Source: Vicugna vicugna
Lineage: Eukaryota
Assembly: GCA_013265495.1 (NCBI GenBank)
Contig: MU058844.1
Span: forward strand, 372,001 to 435,033
Direction: 5' to 3'
Length of the DNA: 63,033 bases
Part shown: one piece after another, positions 50,106-63,033 of the stretch
Numbering within the stretch: position 1 is the first letter of the stretch
Layout: the number at the start of each line of letters is the position of its first letter
The notes under the pieces: generated by a model
What the model saw: the letters and a program-made list of their open reading frames with translations, nothing else
The model's database searches: none
Told to the model about the DNA's origin: nothing
Position numbers and translations under genes: made by a program

Positions 50106-53100
50106 TTCAGTCTTTTTGGAAGAAAGTTTTAGGAGAGTTATTCTATATAATTTGACAGTGTTACTGCTTAGTAGATTCTATCTGCATATGTCTGAGTTAA
50201 AAGTTTCGAATTCTACCCCTAAATTCATTAAAAACAAAAAACAAATCAATCTTTTGTTCTGTTGACTAGGAAATACTTAGGACACCTTTGAAAGGTTCTA
50301 AATGATACATATAGGAAAGCTAAGACTGTAATCTGTCCTTCAGCATTCCAGTTCCCCTCCCTGGACAACCACAACTTTTACTGTATATGCTCCCTAAAAG
50401 ACCAGAGAGACTTGGTGCATATATGTTACGCCTCCTTCCCTTCTCCAAAGCAAATATTGTACTTTGATTCCCTCTTCTGTCCAAAAATACATCTTTGAGG
50501 TGACTAATTTTTTAAAGAGCTGCTTTGTGGAACCTTGTGTTTAGGCCCTAATTTAGCTAATTACATACAAATAACTAGATTGTTCCCCATATTTTTCCAT
50601 GCAAACAATGCTGTAATGAGTGGTCGTACATACAGTGACTTACACATGTATGAGTTATACTGACTTTTGGCAGTTAATGTGTTTAGCTAGAATTTTTAGG
50701 ATTTTCTTTTTTTTCTCTTTCTCCTGGCCCAAACCTCTTTTAGTCTCTAAAAGTGACGAAGCAATTAAAGCTTCAAATCACATAGGTTAAAAGGCACATA
50801 AAATAAGAGGTCCTCCTTAATCCATCTGTCATAAAGAACCAGAGTTATTTTGGGAATAAATAAATGAGCTCTGTAGTTGTGACTTGGTCAAAAACAAATT
50901 TATCTCAGCTTTACATGTTACATCGACAGAATGACATTCCTTTAGTTTTCTCCTCAAAAGTAATCATGAAAGCAATCTATCAAATATAGCAAGTACTGTT
51001 AAGGAAACAGTAGTTAACTTACTCAAGGAGTTGACTTATTTGATTAAAACCTAGCAAACCAACCTTCTGAGATTAGAATTTCATCAGTCTTTCCTAAAAT
51101 TTAGGTTTCTGTTTGGTGAGCTTTAGTTGCAAATTCTTGAAGACCTGATATGATCTGACTTTGTACTGAGACTTGAGTTCTGTTTTGTACTTTAATAACT
51201 TTGATTTTTAAAAATACAGATTTTTTTCCTATCACTATTTAAAAGCTACTCATTTGATACGTATTCTAGTATATAAAGTAGTTTTTAGTAAGAAAAGTGA
51301 TTCAGAAAACTGACCCTTTTGTAAGCCCTGGAAATTTTGGCTGATGTTTTTTCCCCGTTAAAAAAAGACATGAAAAACTTACCATAATGAGGATGGACTT
51401 GTTATGAGTTGTAATTAAAACATCCTTAGGAAACAGATAAACTTACATAGTAAAAATTTGACTAGAAACAGTGTGGTTTTTAAGCTCTTTTGGTGGTTGT
51501 CCCAATTCAAGAATTTTTTTACCTTCCTAGGACCATAAATCATTTTTTGCATATGGCTTCTGGGGATTCAGGTTCTTGAGAAACGTGTGAGTTCCCTGGT
51601 CTCCTTGGATTCCAGGTTAAGAATCCCTGAACTACTTTTGGAGGTAATTAAACTTTCAGGCTACGTGGATATTGTTTAATATACTAGCTAATGTTTTGAT
51701 TATGAAATGTACGCATAATTAAAAGTAAGTTAAAATAGTTGAGTGTTATTTTTTTAAGCTCCTCTTTGTCAAGCACTTTCTTCAGTCTAGATTGATCAGT
51801 TCTCACACAATAGAGATTGAGTTTTGTCAATTTATCAAGTACTTCTTAAGTATCCACCATGCTAAATAATAATATCAGGGATATTATGCATGCGCTTTGT
51901 GGAAGTTATGAATTTTTCCCACACTTGCAATGTCTTACAGCCATACACAGTAGAGAACATTATATTATCCTTTTCCTTCTCTGATGAGGAGACTGTAGGC
52001 CAGAGAAGTTGGATGATCAATATTGAGGACTTGCAAGTCAATATCTTTGCTTTTTTCTCTATGCAGTATCTAGTGGTTTGGTTTACCTGCGTGTAAATGG
52101 ATTTAAAAAGGAAATAACTTATACTGTAGATTCATGTAGTATGGATTCTGATCATGCATTTGAATCTGTTATCATGAGTTATGGATGCGTGTGCACTGTG
52201 GAAGTAAATAATAGAACCAAGGAAATGAGGATGGCATCCAGCAGGGGCTTTGGACATTATAATTATATAACTGTCATCACAGTTCTGATGTGGTTGCTTA
52301 ATTACTATGTTATCTAATTTTACTTTCTAAAAACAGATCTGAAAGGCATAGTATGTGTAGTAATGTTACACCAAAAAATAAGAATTATTTTTGTTTCTAT
52401 ATAAAAGATGAGTTGGACTGATATTTTATTATACAGTTGAAATTTTCTTTGCAAATGTAATGTATGAGGGTTATCAGCATGGATATACAAACTAGGAAGT
52501 GAATAATAGGGAATCAGTTAACTTCAGCTGAAATCTTAGTAACTTTTAAAAATGCTTCCCAAGTGAAGTTCTTTTTTTTTAATATTAAATACAGTCATCT
52601 TTAATTTGTAGATTAGATAGGATGTAGGGTCACCATACTCTGAGTGAGATCTTTGTCTCCTGACATCTCTGGTGTTAGAAACCATCAATGTGAGGTTGGA
52701 AGAACTGGATAACTGGTTAAGAGCCCTCGGAATGGACAGAAAAAATTCTGTATTCATTATTTCAAGAGCTGTACCACACCACACACACGATCAGGGCATT
52801 GCATGTTTGTTAAAATCCTGGATGTAGCTATTCTAAAATCTCCTAAGGAAACAGGCATATCTATAATTCCGAGTTGGCCTGTAACTCAGATGTTTCTGAA
52901 TAATTAGTATTTGGTTGTAGTTTTTTTTTTTTTCCGGCTTCAACTTAAAGTGTTTTTAGACATTGATCTCAGAGTCTAATGTTGACATATTTTGCTTTTT
53001 TTTTTTTAATTGGCTGTTTTCTCTTCAGATTTTCAAACTCCTTTACTTTTCAGTACCGTCACAGTACGTCATGATCAGAGGTTTGGTCTGTTTTTAAGCA

Positions 53101-55257
53101 AGTCAGTTTTTATTTTCAAAGTCTTCACAATATAGTGACTGAAGGCATTGTAGTTGGGAAAATACTACAAAGAAATATAACAAATGTTATCTATGTGTCT
53201 TTAGACTATGGGTGCTTTTTATTTCTTTATGACCTTCTAAGATTTCTTTATAGTTTATACTAAGGAAAAGGTTATTGCTGTAAAGTCCCTGTTTTTTAGT
53301 GACCTTTAAGGACCATGGGGGTTACCTCTGTCTACCCCCTTACTATGGGACAGGGGCAAAATGGCTTTAGTAAGCTATTAAGAGTCCAGGGCTATATTTC
53401 AGTCTTCCATAACATTGCAATTTGTCTGCCTTTTTATTATCCATTTGTAAAACATGTTTCAGTTCATTTAAGTGGACATTTATTAAATGCATACTATATA
53501 TTCACGAAGCCAGGTGAACAAGATAGGCATCCCTGTCTAGTGAAAGACACAGTTGTGATATAAGAAATTACAATGAGGTGTGTTATGAAAGAAGGAATAC
53601 CTGGGATTTACCATAGTCTAAAGAAAGGTACCTGTTGAAGTGTTTTTAAACTTTAAGAGGAAGGAAAGTGGACAGACGAAATAGCAGATATGAAAGCTGG
53701 AAAGAGAGGGAGAAGAAGAGAAAGTGAGAATGAATGCATAGCATATCCCACAAATCCAGTATGTGGTGGATAGTGTCTTATTGTAGTTTAATTAGAGGCT
53801 TTTGTGCAGGTGGGTCCCTGTTTAGTAATAACGTTTGACTTAAGATAGACTGCTTCTTCTGGGGTGGCATATATCTATCTTGTTCTCCAGCGTCCCTAGA
53901 TTTGGGGAAGTTTGGGGTTCCAGTGAGAAGGAACTAAAGAGCAGATAGGAAAATACATTTGAAGTATCACTGCATCAGACCATAACCACTCTGAGTTTTA
54001 AACAAAATTTTTTTCATTCAGTAAGCCTAAAAATAGAATTATCTTACACTTATTAAACTTAATTTTGTGTTTTCCACTCAGGGAGGGTATTTCTACCTAC
54101 TTAATTTTATCACTTGCATTTAGAAAGAATAAGGAAGAGTGCTTTTTAAGTAAAAACCCCCTACACCTGCACATACTGTAATTCTTGCTTTGGCTTTTTT
54201 AGAAAAGTCATTTCTTTTCACAGGTGAAGACACAGTGATTTATAGTTACAAAGCTTGAGGTTTCTTACCTTTAGCTGTAAATGAACTTTCCCTGATAAGT
54301 AAATATATATATATTTTTTCTGAATAAAGCACTCTGTTTACCCTGTCTTTATTGTTGTGATTCAGATAAGGGTTAATCTAAAAGTGCTGCAATCTACTTT
54401 CAGGTTCCTGCCATGGATTGTCATTAGAGGTCAGTGAACACTTGGCCACACCTTCCCTATTTCTTACTGGAATATTTTCCCAGTTAGATTGGGCAGGCTG
54501 CTAATGTATTGAGTGGCAGGAACTAGAAGATAGTTTCTGTGAACACTTGTTAATAATCTGAGTAGTTAATGGTTGTGCATCAGAATTATTTGGGGATTTA
54601 TAAATTTAACAGTTGCCAGCCCAACATGTTTTTTGTTACATTTTGTCTTAAGATCTCCAGATGATTTTAGTGTGCACCTTGCAGGAACAATGGCCTTTGT
54701 GTGTGCTTGGCTTTAGTGCAAAGAAGGGTAGGGTGTGTTAGAACTAAAATCACACACACAGACAGTACCTTCTCATATATAGAAAACAAAGGCATCAGTG
54801 GGAACGCCATATGTGACATTCAGGGTGGGGAAACCCTCAAGATTGCTTTAGGAAAAGAGGTTTTTAGGAGGTTGACATTTGAGCTGAATTTTGAAAGGTA
54901 AGTAGAAAAGGGGGGTTAGGGGAGAAGGATGTTATTCCAGGTTAGACATAATCAAGCTCTAGGAAAGTACTTGAGCAGTGCTAAAACTGTAACATGAGTC
55001 AGCACTTCTTTGCTTGGACCACAGGCACTTCAAATGCAGTCTTTTAATTTGAAAGTTTTATTTCCTTTTGAAGTGTTGTTCATAGATATATGTTTATTAT
55101 TAAAAATTCAATTAATATACTAAATATGTAACATACTAAAAATAATGAAGTAATACAGATAATTATTTCCCCTTCACTTTCTTTTGCTATTCCAATTTCC
55201 AGTTCATAGATAGAATGCTAAAATCTTACTGAATATGAAAGGAAAACCTAAATGCTT

Positions 55258-55603
55258 CATTTTTTGGAGATATAAATCACATATCATAAAATCTACTCTT
55301 TTAAAATGTACAATTCAGCGGTTTTAATGTAGTACAAAGTTGTACAACTATCAGCGCTGTCTAGAAACAGAAAATCCAGAATATTTTCAACACCCAAAAA
55401 GAAACCGTCTGCCCCTTAGCAATCACGCTACCCGTACTCCCAACCCCTGGCAACCACTTACCTACTTTCTGTCTCTATGGATTCACCTGTTCTGGACATT
55501 TCATGTAAATGGAATTATATGATAAGGTTTTTTGTGTCTGGCTTCACTTAGCATATTTTCAAGACTCATCCATATTGTATTTATCAGTACTTCATTCCCT
55601 TTA
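55258..55603 (-). mobile_element. L1MB-type 3' end
   Basis: ctggcaaccacttacctactttctgtctctatggattcacctgttctggacatttcatgtaaatggaat. Confidence 0.85.
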
Positions 55604-56189
55604 GAATTTTTTAGCTGAAATTTTCTACGTAAATGCTTTTAAGAAATTACAGTGCTGAATGAAGCAAAGCAGAACTTATAGCAGGTAAATCTGTATTGGT
55701 TCCTATAAAACTAAAACCTGCTTTGCTTTAGAACATTTAAGAAATATCCTTTAGCCTTTGGAGTTGTTGTTGTTGTTGTTGTTATTATTATTATTATATT
55801 GTCAGCAACCAGTAAATTTTTATCTTTAAAGATTTGATGGCTGGATACTGAGAAATCTGAACCAATTCTGATGAATAATGGGTAGGAATCAGTATTGACT
55901 TATTTTTTTCTTAAGGATTAATAAATTTTGTGACCTTGGTCAGGTCACTTTCTTTGGGCCTCCATTATTTCTCATTCCTTTTTCGAAACTTCTCATTGAG
56001 AAGAAGCCACGAGCATTTAATACTGGAACTAATTTTCCCTTTTGGCTTTTAAGCTAGCACTTAAGCAATTCAAAAAAAATTGCACAGATTCTTAGTAGCA
56101 GTATTCTGAAATTTTGTGTAGCTTTCCAGAGTAACTAATATGAAGGCCTGTATCCTGTCAACTTTGATAGTTTTAAAGCCTTTAAATTT

Positions 56190-56990
56190 TCATGTTCCTG
56201 TGGGGTTCAGACCTTGGACCTTTTTTCATTATATATTCTCTTGAACACATTTATTCGTTTACTTGGCTTCAGTCTACATTGATCAATGATTCCAAATCTA
56301 GTGCTGAGTTTCAGGTCTCTCCAATTGCCTACATTTTATCTTCACGTAGATATCTTGCAGACAGTTTAAAGTCAACTTTTATTTTACAATGGAATGTATT
56401 CATTTTGCTGTCTCCCCTCCTGTGCATAGTACTTCTGGTGTTTTTTCTCTTTATTAATTACATCGACATTAACCCAGTTGCCTGCAATTTACTTCCCCTC
56501 CCTCTTCTCTCCTCTCCCTCTTCTCTTTTCCATGTTCAATTGTTAATAAGCCGATTGATTGAACCTCAAAAATGCCTCTGCTTCTCCTAACCCACTCCTG
56601 TCTCCCCTCCTTGGCAGTTGTTTTTGTATGTGGTCTCTTATCTTCCCCTGGACTTTTTTGCAATAATCCGAGAACTCATCTTTCTATTTTCACTTACATG
56701 TTCTCTTTCTCTGTCTTTTTCTCTTCGTTTTCCACATTGCCACATTTTTCTAAAAACACCCAATGTGATCATTTTACTCTCTACTGTATAGGATGGAGTT
56801 CACATGCCTTGACTTGACATGTAAGGCTTTTTCACAACCTCATCTTTTCATCTTAGTTCATCAGCATCTCTTTCCTTGTCTCCCCTCTCCTATACAACCT
56901 CTGATACTGATACTGTTTACCATTCAAAATGATGTATGTTCCGATTTCTGAATTATGCCATGTTTCAGGAGAACATCCCTCATATGAAAT
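56190..56990 (+). mobile_element. L2 remnant
   Basis: cttggaccttttttcatt...gatcaatgattccaaatct; pyrimidine-rich L2 body. Confidence 0.55.
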
Positions 56991-58499
56991 GTGACTGCCC
57001 AGCACTCTGTGTTGGTTGGGTTTGGTTTTTTTGCTCCTCTGGGAGAATCTTGACTGTAGTTATCTTGTTTATATCCCACATATCAAGTATATTGTGGTTC
57101 AGGAACTAGAAATACTATTTTCTACAGGTGCCATGAAAGAAAATCAGGGGTAAAATTTAAGTCACTTGCTTTATTTTCTGGAATCTTGTAAAGGCACTCT
57201 AGGAAACAACTGTTGGTTCTATTGTTAATTGAATCATTAATTACAGTGAAATTGAAAAAAATTTGACAAATAAAAATTGTATATATTTAAAGTGTTCAAA
57301 GTGATGTTTAGATATATGTATGTAATTTGCTCTTTGTAACCATCAGAAAAATAAAATATTTGACACTCCCTGGGTCAGAGTTTTGATTGCCATGTATACT
57401 TTTAAAAAGCCTGTAGACCTTTGCCCTTATGGTTCCCACACGTACACACTAGCCTTTTGTTTTCTACTGCTTAATTGCTAATAATGGATTAGTCATAACA
57501 GGGCCATAAACAAAGGCATTGGAGAACTCCAGTGTCGTCTCCCTTTGTTGTGGGGATTGCATTAGCAGGTTTTCTTGTGTTAGTATGCAGTGGGACTCTG
57601 ACAGCCAAGAACCCAGTCCTAGTCACTGAGCAGGCTTTCACTCCCTGTGCCCCTCAGGCGTGGATTTAAAAATATGCAGATATTTATTTAGATCGATTAT
57701 CGATGAAAAAAGAAAGTAAAACTATTGTATGTTTCTGCTTATGAGTAATCAGTTTACAGCAATTTAATATTTTAAGAGTAGACACATACACTTCTTTGTT
57801 CCAAAGTGCTACTTCATTTCTTGAGTTGGGTCATCAGGCCAGTTATGGTTATGTATTTATGTTTGTAAATTATGGCCAATGTGTGTTAATATTTTAAACA
57901 TTAAGAATATTAGTATGTAGAATGTCTGCAGTGTTCTTTATACTGATTGTAGACAGTTTGTCTATTGTTTATGGCAGACTAAAAAAAATACTCAAGATAA
58001 TTCTTTCTGCATGGTATGTATCAGCCACTTCATTTGCCATTAGCTGACATGTGTAGTCAGAATGATTTAATTCAAATATTTGGTTTTAGTAAAATGAAAG
58101 CAAATATATGGCCTGGAGCAGAAGGAGAGAGCTGGTATAGAAACACACTAACATTCTTTTTTTTTTTCTTTTTTTAAAGCAGAAGATTGTATTTTTTAGG
58201 CCCCAAACAAATGTTGCAGTCCAAGTCCAAAGATTTGTTTTATAATTATAAAATTGTAGGTGTTTTATATTATCATGCTATTTATTCTCTCTCATTTATA
58301 TTATAGGGTTAATCATACAACTTCTATTGGAAGACAGGTGTCTTGAAAAAATGTGATTGTGAATAGAAAAACTGTTCATTTTGCTCAATGTCAAGAGTCT
58401 TATTGTTATCACATCTCTACTGAAAAAGCTTTATATTTTTCATATATATTTACTCTTTCTTTCCTAGCAGTTCATAAACAGGTTTATTGCCCCTGTCTC

Positions 58500-59108
58500 T
58501 TTTTTTTCTTTTTGTATTGAAGCATAGTCAGTTTACAACTTTGTGTTAATTTCTAATCTGCAGCATAGTGGTTTATTTATACACACACACACGTATATAT
58601 TCCTTTTCATATTCTTTTCCATTATAGGCTATTACAGGGTATTGAACATAGTTCCATGTGCTATACAGTAGGACCTTGCTGTTTATCTATTTTATATATA
58701 GTAGCTAGTATCTGCAAATCTCAAACTCCCAATTTATCCCTCCACTAATCCCCTCTTTGCCCTCAGTGACTATAATTTTATTTTCTGTGTGAGTCTGTTT
58801 CTCTTTGTAAATAAATTTATTTGTCTAATTTTTTTAGATTCCACATATAAGTGATATGATACTTTTTTTTTCTTTTTCTGGCTTATTTCACTTGATATGA
58901 CAATCTTCGGGTCCATCCATGTTGCTGTAAATGGCATTATTTCATTCTTTTTTATGGCTGAGTAGTACTCCATTGTATATATCTATATATACACATTATA
59001 TCTTTATCCATTTATCTGTTGATGGACATTTAGGTTGCTTCCATATCTTGGCTCTTGTAAATAGTGCTGCTGTGGACATTGGGGTGCATGTATCTTTTTG
59101 AATTAGAG
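58500..59108 (-). mobile_element. 5'-truncated cetartiodactyl/camelid L1 3' end
   Basis: T-rich tail, tattgaagcatagtcagtttaca..., ORF 58770..58973 MEYYSAIKKNEIMPF. Confidence 0.92.
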
Positions 59109-59559
59109 AAAAAGCTTTCTCATGGTAGTGAGAAAGATTGAAAAAGGTTATTTATATCTTCTGGCAGGAAGATCCCTTTCCTTAATCTTTTTCCCTCTCC
59201 TTAATCTTGATTTGTGCAACTTACCTTTTCTTTAGATTCACTTTACTCCTAAATATGTGAAATTGTTACCTCAAAGTACAACTGAGTTGTGTGCAAAATG
59301 ACTGGACCCTAAATCTTTTTATCAGGGTATTGAAGAAGTGTGGTTGGGGAGAAGTTGATTGCATAGTGGTTGGGAGTCTCAGAATTCTCCCAAGATTGTG
59401 AAATTCTGTTTGGGTCATTCACACTTGAGTGTGGCATACTTTGAGCATATTATCAGATTGTTCTCTAAAATGCATCTAACTGAGGTCCTCTGGCTTGAAA
59501 GGTGAGGAAGGGTAGATCTTGGTAGGTATAGTGTTGATCTTGACTTCTGTGAAACTCAC

Positions 59560-60327
59560 GTTGATACCAGTAAACTACCTTTGAATCATGAATTTGATTA
59601 TTTTCTAGTTACTGGATAATGGATATTGTGGCTTCTGCCTGTGTCAAGTGGAAGGGTTCTGAGGTGCATCTGGGGACCGAGGTGCCTGTGTGAGTACTCT
59701 CTAGAGTTCGCATTTCTTTAACTGGCACAACTGCCCTTCTGCTTCCTAGCTGTCCTTTGTATCCTTTGCTAAGTGGAGGGCAAAAGGGGTAGGGTGGTAA
59801 TAGGCGGTATGCAGCTGGTTGGGCTAATCCTTACTCTGGCAATTCCGTGAACACGTGGGAGCTGTCACGTACGGAAAAATTGTTACTTTGGTGACTGAAG
59901 GGTGAAAAGAGAAAGGTATTGTGAAGTAGCAGCTATAGGAAGAAGCTACCTCTTCTAAGTCTGGGGAAAAAAAGAAAAAAAGGTTAAAGTTACTTAAGTT
60001 TAGAAACTTGGGAGAAGGAGCCTGAAATGGGTTCCAGACCTCTGAAGAGGGTCTAGCCCTCTGGTTGGGTAGGGGAGGGGTGGTGGTGGTGGTGATTAAG
60101 CTGGATGAATGTGCTGCAGGATTGTTGGGTGATGCTTACAGGCACCTCAGGTGGACCAGAAGCCCAAAAGAGGCAAGTGCCTTCTTGCAGTTTTAGCACC
60201 CCCACCCCATCTGCCAAATTTAACAGGGAGCCCGTGGCAGAGCAGAAATGTGGTTTGTAGAGTCCTACCTCCAGAGTCCCAAATTATAGAAGGATAAGTG
60301 AGAGACATTTACTTTACATGTGGTACA
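59560..60327. mobile_element. Ancient LTR (LTR78/LTR79-like); left boundary uncertain
   Basis: ccaaatttaacagggagccc...gcagaaatgtggtttgtagagtcc...tatagaagg...gagagaca resembles the recalled consensus end. Confidence 0.45.
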
Positions 60328-62554
60328 AATATGAATTTCCAGTATAGAAGTTTTGAAGATAGAAAGCTGCTTAACCTTCTGGTCTAGCCCGTGATAGGGA
60401 AGTGCGAGAAACCATTGAGATGTGGCAGTACTTGTCTTGACTTCAGTCCTGCAAATTTTGGGATTAATACAGATTTTTTTAAAAATGTATGTTTTTGTTT
60501 TGATTAAGTTTAGGGGAAGGACCCTCCCTTGCTTTCATCCACTAGGTTGACTGTCAGGGTTTTATTTTGTTTTGTTTTTTAAAGTAATCATTATATTGTA
60601 TAGAGAAATACCTTTGTTCCAAATTATTTGAATCTTTCCCCACTTTATTCAGCCAACCCTCAAATCTCAGGAAAGACAGAACTGCATGCCTTCAAGCGGG
60701 GACATTAGAGAAGAAAGTAGGATTAGAGAGAGAAAATAACTAAGGCAACAAATTCTTCCTGTCCTTGGTGACTCTGCATCAGCTCCAAGGACACTTCTTC
60801 ATATAGTGTCCGAGCAAATTAAGAGATGTATTTTCTCTTTTTAGCCCTGATATGCCATTTAGTTATAAACTCTTTGTCATTCACCTAACATGAGTGCAGA
60901 CATATGAAGCACTTGCTGGATGCTGAGGATTCCATGCTCTAACTGTGAAATGTGAAAAGAGCCCTTGACTCTAGAGTGAGCTGTTAGTCCAGTGTTCACT
61001 TGATAGGTTTCTGTGCATATTTCTGAAAAATAAATGAAACAACACATTTGAACATCCACCTCAGTTTTAAGGATTAATCCAATTGTAAATCCCTGTACCT
61101 TGGAGTTCTAACTACATTTATCTAGCTCTCCAATTCATTAGCCTGTGAAAGTCTAATGTCCGCCCAAAGTTTGGCCATTTATCTGGTAGTTTTAGGTCAG
61201 AGGTTTACTTTTGTCTGTGTGGTTCTGGGACTGTACGAGCTGTTAACCCAGTCAAGAATCTGTTAGTTGCAAGAATTTTGCAAGTTTAGTGATTTTTATT
61301 GAAGAGTTAGGAGTTTGGCAGCAAATGATATAACCCACCTTGTTGCCTCTTGGTGTTTTTCCTTTCTTCTCATTTTTCTCCTTGTGCATTTTTCCACTGC
61401 TCAAATTCTTGAATGCCTGATCTTGAATGCCTGATCCTGCCCTCAAGTCGCAAGGACTCAGGTGAATAAAGAGCATGTTTCCCTAAATTAAGACCCAGTT
61501 CCTGCCCTAAATAAGCTCAAAACATAAGTGTACAACCTGTATGGAAGGTATCAAGGCCAAAGCCAAGCAGAAGTACGAAATAGTTTGTGAAGATTGGATT
61601 TAGAATTTTAAAAAGTCCTTTTTTCTGCATGCTTCTGCCGTGTGCAGCCAATCCCCTTAACCAACGTGTAAGAAAGAAACGGTGTTCTACAGAATGTGCA
61701 CCCCCTACTTTTCAACGATAATCAGTAGCATTTAGTCAGCTGCTTAGCTCTTAACTGACAGTTGATTTTCACAATGGTAGAAATGCTGCTTTGTGGGCAA
61801 AATAATGTTTTGTGGCTTAAATGGCATATATCTACTTCCTAATTCTCAAGAGCAAAAGGATTTTGCGTATGTGGTTTATGTGTGCACAGAATCTGGAGCC
61901 AGGTCCTCTGGGCTTGATTCTCACTCTGCCAAATACTAGCTTGGACATCCTCACTTGACCTCTCTGCTTTTTTATCTGCTTAATATACTAATCTAGCTCT
62001 AGAGTGATTGGGAGGGTTGGAGTGCAGGGAACAGAGCCTAATGTAATTCTAAGCATTATTTAACATCGCTTTATTTAATATTGCTTACTGTTGTTTTATG
62101 ATTTTGCAAAAATACTTCTTCACTATAAGTCTAAAAAAATGGATATCTTTACAGTGTGGAAAAGCTATGTTTATCATTTCGTATTAGTTCACCAAAATAG
62201 ATAATATTAAATATAACCTTCTGAAGTGGGGCACAGATTTTTAAACCAGAATGGATGCCCATTTATCAACAGTGGGTGGAGAAATGGAATGTTTGGGGTA
62301 AATAATATTTTTATTTTATTAGAATTATCATATATGTAGTCAATTTTCAGTGTGTTAGACAATACTAAGCTTTATCTTTATAGATGCTAAACAAGTTTTA
62401 TTTTTTAATCCAAAATATTTAGAATTTTGCACTGCATAACTTCATGCATACTATAATGTGAATGGCCTTCTTGGAGTTGTGCAGTTTGGCAGACTTGTTA
62501 AAGAATGCTTATTTGGTGGGAAGTAGAAATCCTAATAGCTGGTTGTTTCCTAAT

Positions 62555-62841
62555 TTATCTCAGAGTTGTGTGCAAAGTGTAGGAAAAAAATAATTTTTCC
62601 TTTCTAGTGGTTTGTATTTTGGACAGAATCATGTCAGTGACACAGTTGGATTGAGAATGCAGATCTGGAACAACTATAACTTGTTTTTCTTTTTTTTTTT
62701 TTATCAGAGTTGTGTGTGTAGGAAAAAAATAATTTTTCCTTTCTAGTGGTTTGTATTTTGGACAGAATCATGTCAGTGACACAGTTGGATTGAGAATGCA
62801 GATCTGGAACAACTATAACTTGTTTTTTTTTTTTTTTTTTT
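62555..62841. repeat. Tandem duplication, period 139 bp
   Basis: 62577-62688 is identical to 62716-62827; each copy ends in a T run. Confidence 0.92.
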
Positions 62842-63033
62842 ACATGTTTTATTGATTCATAATCATTTTACAGTGTTGTGTCAAATTCCAGTGTTCAGCA
62901 CAATTTTTCAGTCATTCATGGACATATACACACTCATTGTCACATTTTTTTCTCTGTGATTTATCATAACATTTTGTGTATATTTCCCTGTGCTATACAG
63001 TGTAATCTTGTTTATCTATTCTACAATTTTGAA
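62823..63033 (-). mobile_element. Young camelid L1 (L1-1_Vpa-like) 3' end, continuing past the window
   Basis: T19 tail, then acatgttttattgattcataatcattttacagtgttgtgtcaaattccagtg...tttccctgtgctatacagtgtaatcttg. Confidence 0.85.

Noticed and set aside
58422..59119. gaaaaagcttt on both sides of the L1 as a TSD with 3' transduction
   Set aside because: An 11-bp AT-rich match with no clear second poly(A) tail; chance cannot be excluded.
61407..61436. tcttgaatgcctga repeated twice
   Set aside because: A simple two-copy slippage duplication with no array structure.

Overview
This is mammalian genomic DNA, most likely camelid (alpaca/camel), judged from recalled tRNA-derived Vic-1-like SINEs and L1-1_Vpa-like 3' ends. 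It holds the divergent gene pair MRPL42 (minus strand) and UBE2N (plus strand). MRPL42 is complete, with a non-coding exon 1 near 37.75-37.8 kb and five coding exons (36000-36069, 31766-31826, 30018-30102, 24891-25054, 15500-15545). These splice by GT-AG into a 426-nt ORF of 141 aa: [141 protein letters not shown]. For UBE2N only the CpG-island promoter, exon 1 (MAGLPRRIIK, 46847-46876) and the first ~16 kb of intron 1 are present. The rest is mainly decayed interspersed repeats (L1, L2, L3/CR1, MIR, MaLR/ERV LTRs, hAT and Tigger DNA elements); most ORFs in the supplied track are L1 remnants or chance ORFs. I found no evidence of a new biological system. The most interesting details are local: a 16-bp duplication giving three tandem splice donors coupled to uORFs in MRPL42 exon 1, an L1 whose target-site duplication (TSD) overlaps the exon-2 splice donor, an apparent one-codon deletion in MRPL42, a candidate poison exon and several atypical L1 insertions. 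Repeat family names come from recalled consensus motifs, not from a database search, and their boundaries are approximate.
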